Part shown: positions 61,001-64,000 of the stretch, one piece after another
Position numbering within the stretch: the stretch's first letter is position 1
Layout of the letters: each line of letters begins with the position of its first letter
NCBI GenBank assembly: GCA_023231475.1
Contig: JALJEE010002292.1
Span: 1-64,000 of the forward strand
Length of the DNA stretch: 64,000 nt
Direction of reading: 5' to 3'
Origin: Seison nebaliae
Lineage: Eukaryota
Notes under the pieces: generated by a model
Databases searched by the model: none
Told to the model about the DNA's origin: nothing
The model's input: only the letters and a program-made list of their open reading frames with translations
Position numbers and translations under genes: made by a program

Positions 61001-64000
61001 ACGCCACTATTACCGGTGCAGTGGAAATGAATGAGAAGGAAAGTCCAGCCATTCCACAACATCAAATAGAATTATTGGAAATTATTATGACGAATAATAT
61101 CATCTTGAATGCTGATACTACTAGTGCCACAACTTCATCATCATCATCAACAACAACGACATCACGTAATCAACCACAAAATAATTCAAATTCTTCTAAT
61201 ACGAATCAGAAGATGAATGGGAAAGAAAATGAAACAGAATCATTATCGGAAGGTAATCTCATTCAAGAATATTATGAGCCTATTCGATATTTGATAAAAT
61301 CGATTTCTGATCTCTTATTGGAATTGAATGGACATCAGAAAATTTTGTTCGAATTAACGAAAGAAGAAACTGCCTCGGCATTCGTTCAAAATATTCTTCA
61401 ATGGCAAACTGATTTATATCTAATCGAATTATTTCTCGTTCAATGGGAGATCATGCAAAATTTATGGATAGAAATCGAAGATACATTTTATCAACCATAT
61501 CTCCTCTATTTCAACGAAAATTTGACGATTTCATTCATTACCGTCGAAATGGAATTTTTCGCTTTGTGTCATTGTGCGAAACGAGCACCCAACATTTTCA
61601 GATTCGTCACAAACCATTTCAACGATCTGAATCGTCATATGAGTCGAATCATCGACAAATTCCAACGATTCAAACAATGGATTATTCAGATGATTTTGGA
61701 CGGTGAAAATTGTGGTTATTTACAACAGAAAATTTTAGAGAAGAAATTGAGCGAACATTTAGTTTTCCATATTTCTGGAAACTTAAACCGTTTAAATGAT
61801 GCCATCAATCTTCTTTGTAAAGAAATTAAACGATTCAACATCATTCCATTCCTTTTTAATGATATCGATAAGAAGATCGCAAAATATTACGAGAAAACTT
61901 CGAATGTTGTAACGACGAATAATTCGATGGATAATACAACGGATAATAAGAAGAAAAATCGATTCGTCTTAACAAAGAAATGGAAAGAGAAATTTATGAC
62001 AAATACGGAGGAACAGCTATTGAAAAAATATGATATTTGTCAATTGGAATCGATCGTTCTCGCTGAAACGAACGAAATATTTCGATTCAGTCAATTGAAA
62101 CTCTCAATTTTCATTTCAGAATATGAATCAAATAATGAATTGGAGGAGTATTTGAGAAATAAATGTAATTTGCCCAATTCCGTTCAAATTCAATTGATAA
62201 AACCAAATTTATTCGATATCGTCAAATCGATTTGGTTATTGTGTAAAATAGAATTGGAATATTTGGATGAGAAAAGTTCTATTGAATATTTCGATATGAT
62301 TCCTTTGAATCTATTAAAGTTCTTCATCGAAAAGAAATGGTTGGAAATGATGGAAAATGACGACAGTCAACTATTGACGAATTTGTTGAATAAAATACAA
62401 ATTATTTTATCGATTCCAAATAATGATATTAATGGTCGACTAGTTCAATCTTCAACGGAAAATGTCGACGATGGAAATTCTGAAAAAGAAAATATCGAAA
62501 AAGAGAATTCTGAAAAAGAAGATATCCGAAACGAAAACTCTGAAAAAGTTAATATCGAAAAAAAAAATTCTGTAAAGGAAAAAATTGAAAATGAAAATTC
62601 TGAAAAAGAGAAAATCAACAACAAAAATTCTGAAAAAGCAAAAATCGAAAATGAAAATTCTGATAGAGAAAATTTCAACAAGGTGAATTTAAAGACAGAT
62701 GATATGACAGAAGATGATGAAATTCAGAAGGTAAACAATGGAAATTTAAGTTTGAAGAAAGAAGATATCGAAAATACGAATTCGAAAGAAGATAATAATG
62801 AAAATAGAAATATCGTGAAAGAACTTTCTGATAAAGAAATTTCACAACCGACGGATAATTCGGTTGTCATAAAAGTTGCAAATGAAACGATCGATAAATT
62901 GAAATCCGCAAGAGAATTGATTGTTTATTATTTGCTATTGACCAAAAACATAAAATTGGAAGGAAAACTATTTTTTGGTAAATTTAATTTGACAATTAAA
63001 AAAAATGAGAATTTCTCAAAACTGTTTAAAAAATCGATTCCTTTTCAAATTGCGAAGATGGGAACATTCGGGAAAATACTTCGAATGAAAAATTTCATAT
63101 CGAAATCGAAATCTTCTCAAATCTTCTTTATCTCGATCGACCAAAACGATATGGAGATTTATTTGGCAAAATATGAGAATGTCGATCTGAGAATTATCGA
63201 TTTTGTTTCGAATCATTTCGATGTGGAAAAATTGAAACGTCTATCGACATCCATTGTTCGTCAATATTTTACGGAGGAGAAAAGTTTGAGATGTTTTTTC
63301 TTTTTAAAGAATTGGAATTTATTGAATGATCATCATATTGAGTTGTTTTATAATTTGTTGAGGAATGAATTGGCATCGATAGGAAAAGACGAATCAATGA
63401 TGATTTTTGTGGAAAATCATAAAAATTTTCATGGAATAAAATTCTCTCCGATAATCAAAGACACATTGACGATGATTCCATGGTCATCTGATGAAATGAA
63501 TTCGGAATCAATAATCGATTTTTTCTTCGAAAAATTTAATAATCTCCAAATGACAAATGAGAAGTTAAAGAAAGTTTTCGTGAATTATTTATCGAATAAT
63601 GAAACTTTAATAATTCAAATTGGTCGAACAATTTCCAATATATTTCTGGGAAGGAATTTCAAATTATTTAGTTTCCTCGAAATGGTTTATGATCGGAAGA
63701 TACTAAAAATGATTATCAAAAACTTTCAATATTTATCTGAATCAACATACGAATTATTTATCGTTTATTGGCTTTGTTTTTTACCGATCGATCGATTGAT
63801 CAGTTTCGTCAGTTGTTCGATGAACAAGAAGGAATTTCTGATCAACGTTATTTTGGTGATGGAGGAATTGATGAAATTGTTCGTGAAAATGAAAGAAGAG
63901 AAATTTTTAAAATTTTATTTGTTGAATTATATTACGAATAATATGAATTGTCGTATTTCTTGTCAATCGTCATTGATCAATGGACAGGAATTGATAAGAA
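55081..64000 (+). CDS. Divergent axonemal-type dynein heavy chain-like protein, 3'-partial, intronless over about 2970 codons
   Basis: The frame is open from ATG 55081 to the window end, hence absent from the ORF track. Tail motifs ETSVVQWLNRLQDLL, EMFIWSNQ and IWKNSPEYHS; linker-region motifs LRPRHWRQI (60469) and QWEIMQNLWIEIEDTF (61441). Confidence 0.85.
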   Translation, partial: MDDPIVQKFWTWLMQRLERIFKLVEEDKHVMKDDNRIIVSMFEFVNFTSVRFLQCWKNEDDGVNKINFSINSSTILNDREQIFLSKLEHVGRLNNFENELIFIETDSSFGNLGSLMLRECSFPFLKLFDDEQVMSSRNRVESLGINHSTLINRFIQTGHRCIGDIETMYPYDGMATLSLPSENVVSFDTNEQSLEIVETSVVQWLNRLQDLLTTKLEEKRMVLINQRRSNGTEAGNKFISLRNEMFIWSNQINLITALQRQIQSETIQNIFEFLRNSNSNIIQSIEEHLPELELLNERSEMNLELLSGLVPFVDKIWNNFQTIFYEDSLRVNEKCLKSILDTIPIIWHLIFVIWKNSPEYHSTTQISVMINLINGEILNGCIMLLEGDLLRNPNIATKKLNIVLRIIGRLRSSYIEKKHVVNELNERYFKLPEEAVQLIEMNCEEKNFSRYRQMNIDRIIDDHKRINWLLCPAEALTTENAPWPSHTSEAFLIVDTFMMKCNDLLELVNSIDDFETMKISFDSSAQIFKDNDELIDENKQIFLEINSIYSRYKLAIDEFFSNVSKRNITVFQVEFRKKKLFAFNVTEDMENGQNIQNSFDKILEKLRDVVKNLEVKISSILSMILKRAENLPTKLRIITMFGRIIERPNIIHLLKEHQSDFRQKIFDELSNSISYLENIFDLSYNRHQLLSDRVRSILKLISENKTEKYLNKIPSHHLIPTIISQLKWMDGMDERLFKNYNIVQAIWPTIFQENTGTQIRLIIQMFEKVFEKISNDVISRWIDSTSILDRLESQFDNFIFKRIPFTQEIREENIIYKNIHLLERLKNNDNLNDLLKRDDSEHSFIQCNINEEMIYLSKQIKEVLKNDRIEKFIKNNVNDSVDYLNQISKLHQLQKQFSFDSLIRSVHQLKVFVDEFNWTITFATKIDKILMKRSFLMINELIDRGTTEIRWKNITGLELYLTKLSENLHHSHFLKHRSLHEKFSQFSDNVILWNFCFFESNELSPNEIKREAFSDDLYENVIESFDVFIDKMNERYRNNREIIQSNIHQNKRIVNEIFEILDINNQMPEYDIFVHLTDEYMGRALELRTILSINEMYEKFCCYEKSKPFIEIAMRLENDEIKLSWPLDENTDRSSLYENFINWENQIQDYSRILNEQFQMTSDKNQKIEELNKKIIYYCLRIIQFRNVFNYLKLLWSLDANETFKKFLVGQQTFSILYGQYRKESILKQDDLFDDNLHFMESFLNFEVDNSSVLFTESSTETKPYAKSVISLSTSINMDAAVSVEKQYLSLQTFPAVTNNNQSLEDIPSDDDHDDNIRFGGMTKRNERWKLEAEEKRLKKLFRINNRYYHSRTPEMINAEYKIYISPNVESFAQEFHVLNELKKIITEVNDVKIYEWLLINVIPLKSTLIALLDKWMFVYSKYLIQCVNHNLLELDVFFLMVMNDLNSIDKNNDLLKRKSKRFSEEEQGELQDNNFMQIVHLYNVTTTNQQSIELKFNVTKQIVDILNNYSITIPSHIIKLFESLPTIWQNIRSKIHMAKNRIGPYVCGHNDRIILQVQEYANELESYRQDIYGCELFYYSCEKELAYKLIDQFLKKYNYQYTKVDRMKILQELLIQHQAKAVRNYVEERDANTINKNEKLDEINQLFLKSQEKFSSIVPEIGKAESIDNGSSSSSTKTVGSNESHSRNFKKDNKKIIQIYDFEILTQIRQTLSDMKVLWKLVRLLRAKQTEWLREKWHNINIQRMRIEIEEQKRTFNDLPSYTAQWPIVIDTLKDNQTLLNMISLINDLQTGTASLRPRHWRQILRLSTMSNSNKNQGTVSESQTPRTTKSMDGNDSILLSYALPNASHYHGFRLTNITTPIEFSNLVAAAQAVDELTINRFTLSDFISLQLFLYVKEIKKIVSMALLDSTIEDILNKFEAFWMSKELSFFLYGKERLFPFPLIENVNEKFHFLYDIRSLFEKVRSKNKQTINATITGAVEMNEKESPAIPQHQIELLEIIMTNNIILNADTTSATTSSSSSTTTTSRNQPQNNSNSSNTNQKMNGKENETESLSEGNLIQEYYEPIRYLIKSISDLLLELNGHQKILFELTKEETASAFVQNILQWQTDLYLIELFLVQWEIMQNLWIEIEDTFYQPYLLYFNENLTISFITVEMEFFALCHCAKRAPNIFRFVTNHFNDLNRHMSRIIDKFQRFKQWIIQMILDGENCGYLQQKILEKKLSEHLVFHISGNLNRLNDAINLLCKEIKRFNIIPFLFNDIDKKIAKYYEKTSNVVTTNNSMDNTTDNKKKNRFVLTKKWKEKFMTNTEEQLLKKYDICQLESIVLAETNEIFRFSQLKLSIFISEYESNNELEEYLRNKCNLPNSVQIQLIKPNLFDIVKSIWLLCKIELEYLDEKSSIEYFDMIPLNLLKFFIEKKWLEMMENDDSQLLTNLLNKIQIILSIPNNDINGRLVQSSTENVDDGNSEKENIEKENSEKEDIRNENSEKVNIEKKNSVKEKIENENSEKEKINNKNSEKAKIENENSDRENFNKVNLKTDDMTEDDEIQKVNNGNLSLKKEDIENTNSKEDNNENRNIVKELSDKEISQPTDNSVVIKVANETIDKLKSARELIVYYLLLTKNIKLEGKLFFGKFNLTIKKNENFSKLFKKSIPFQIAKMGTFGKILRMKNFISKSKSSQIFFISIDQNDMEIYLAKYENVDLRIIDFVSNHFDVEKLKRLSTSIVRQYFTEEKSLRCFFFLKNWNLLNDHHIELFYNLLRNELASIGKDESMMIFVENHKNFHGIKFSPIIKDTLTMIPWSSDEMNSESIIDFFFEKFNNLQMTNEKLKKVFVNYLSNNETLIIQIGRTISNIFLGRNFKLFSFLEMVYDRKILKMIIKNFQYLSESTYELFIVYWLCFLPIDRLISFVSCSMNKKEFLINVILVMEELMKLFVKMKEEKFLKFYLLNYITNNMNCRISCQSSLINGQELIR
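62455..62680 (+). repeat. 30-nt (10-aa) coding repeat ENSEKENIEK-like, about 7 copies, inside the dynein-like ORF
   Basis: gaaaattctgaaaaagaaaatatcgaaaa with a 30-nt period. Confidence 0.85.

Noticed and set aside
55005..63216. Short ORFs listed in the track over the last 9 kb
   Set aside because: Antisense or out-of-frame shadows of the long dynein-like ORF

Overview
This is AT-rich, gene-dense eukaryotic (animal) nuclear DNA, not prokaryotic. The genes are split by short spliceosomal introns, mostly 42-62 nt by hand reconstruction, so the ORF track fragments or misses many of them. A small spiralian such as a rotifer or seisonid is my guess for the source; this is inference only. In order, the window holds: a cluster of three secreted chitin-binding (CBM14/peritrophin-A) genes, one missed by the ORF track; three orphan genes; TRIAP1; an ankyrin/SOCS-box protein; EXD3/mut-7; two small orphans; DDX28; an LMO7-like PDZ-LIM gene; a DEG/ENaC channel; an orphan type I membrane protein; PIGN; NEDD8; about 10.6 kb with no recognisable gene; a highly degenerate membrane adenylyl cyclase; a secreted FN2-EGF-VWC protein; and an intronless dynein heavy chain-like ORF of about 2970 codons that runs off the window. 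The strongest signal is that roughly 40 of the ~42 introns I could reconstruct begin GTT with no GTRAGT consensus, pointing to a deviant 5' splice-site code. Also notable are two apparent pseudoenzymes (cyclase and dynein) and a chitin-binding cluster carrying elastomer-like repeats. All gene models were read by eye, without expression data.
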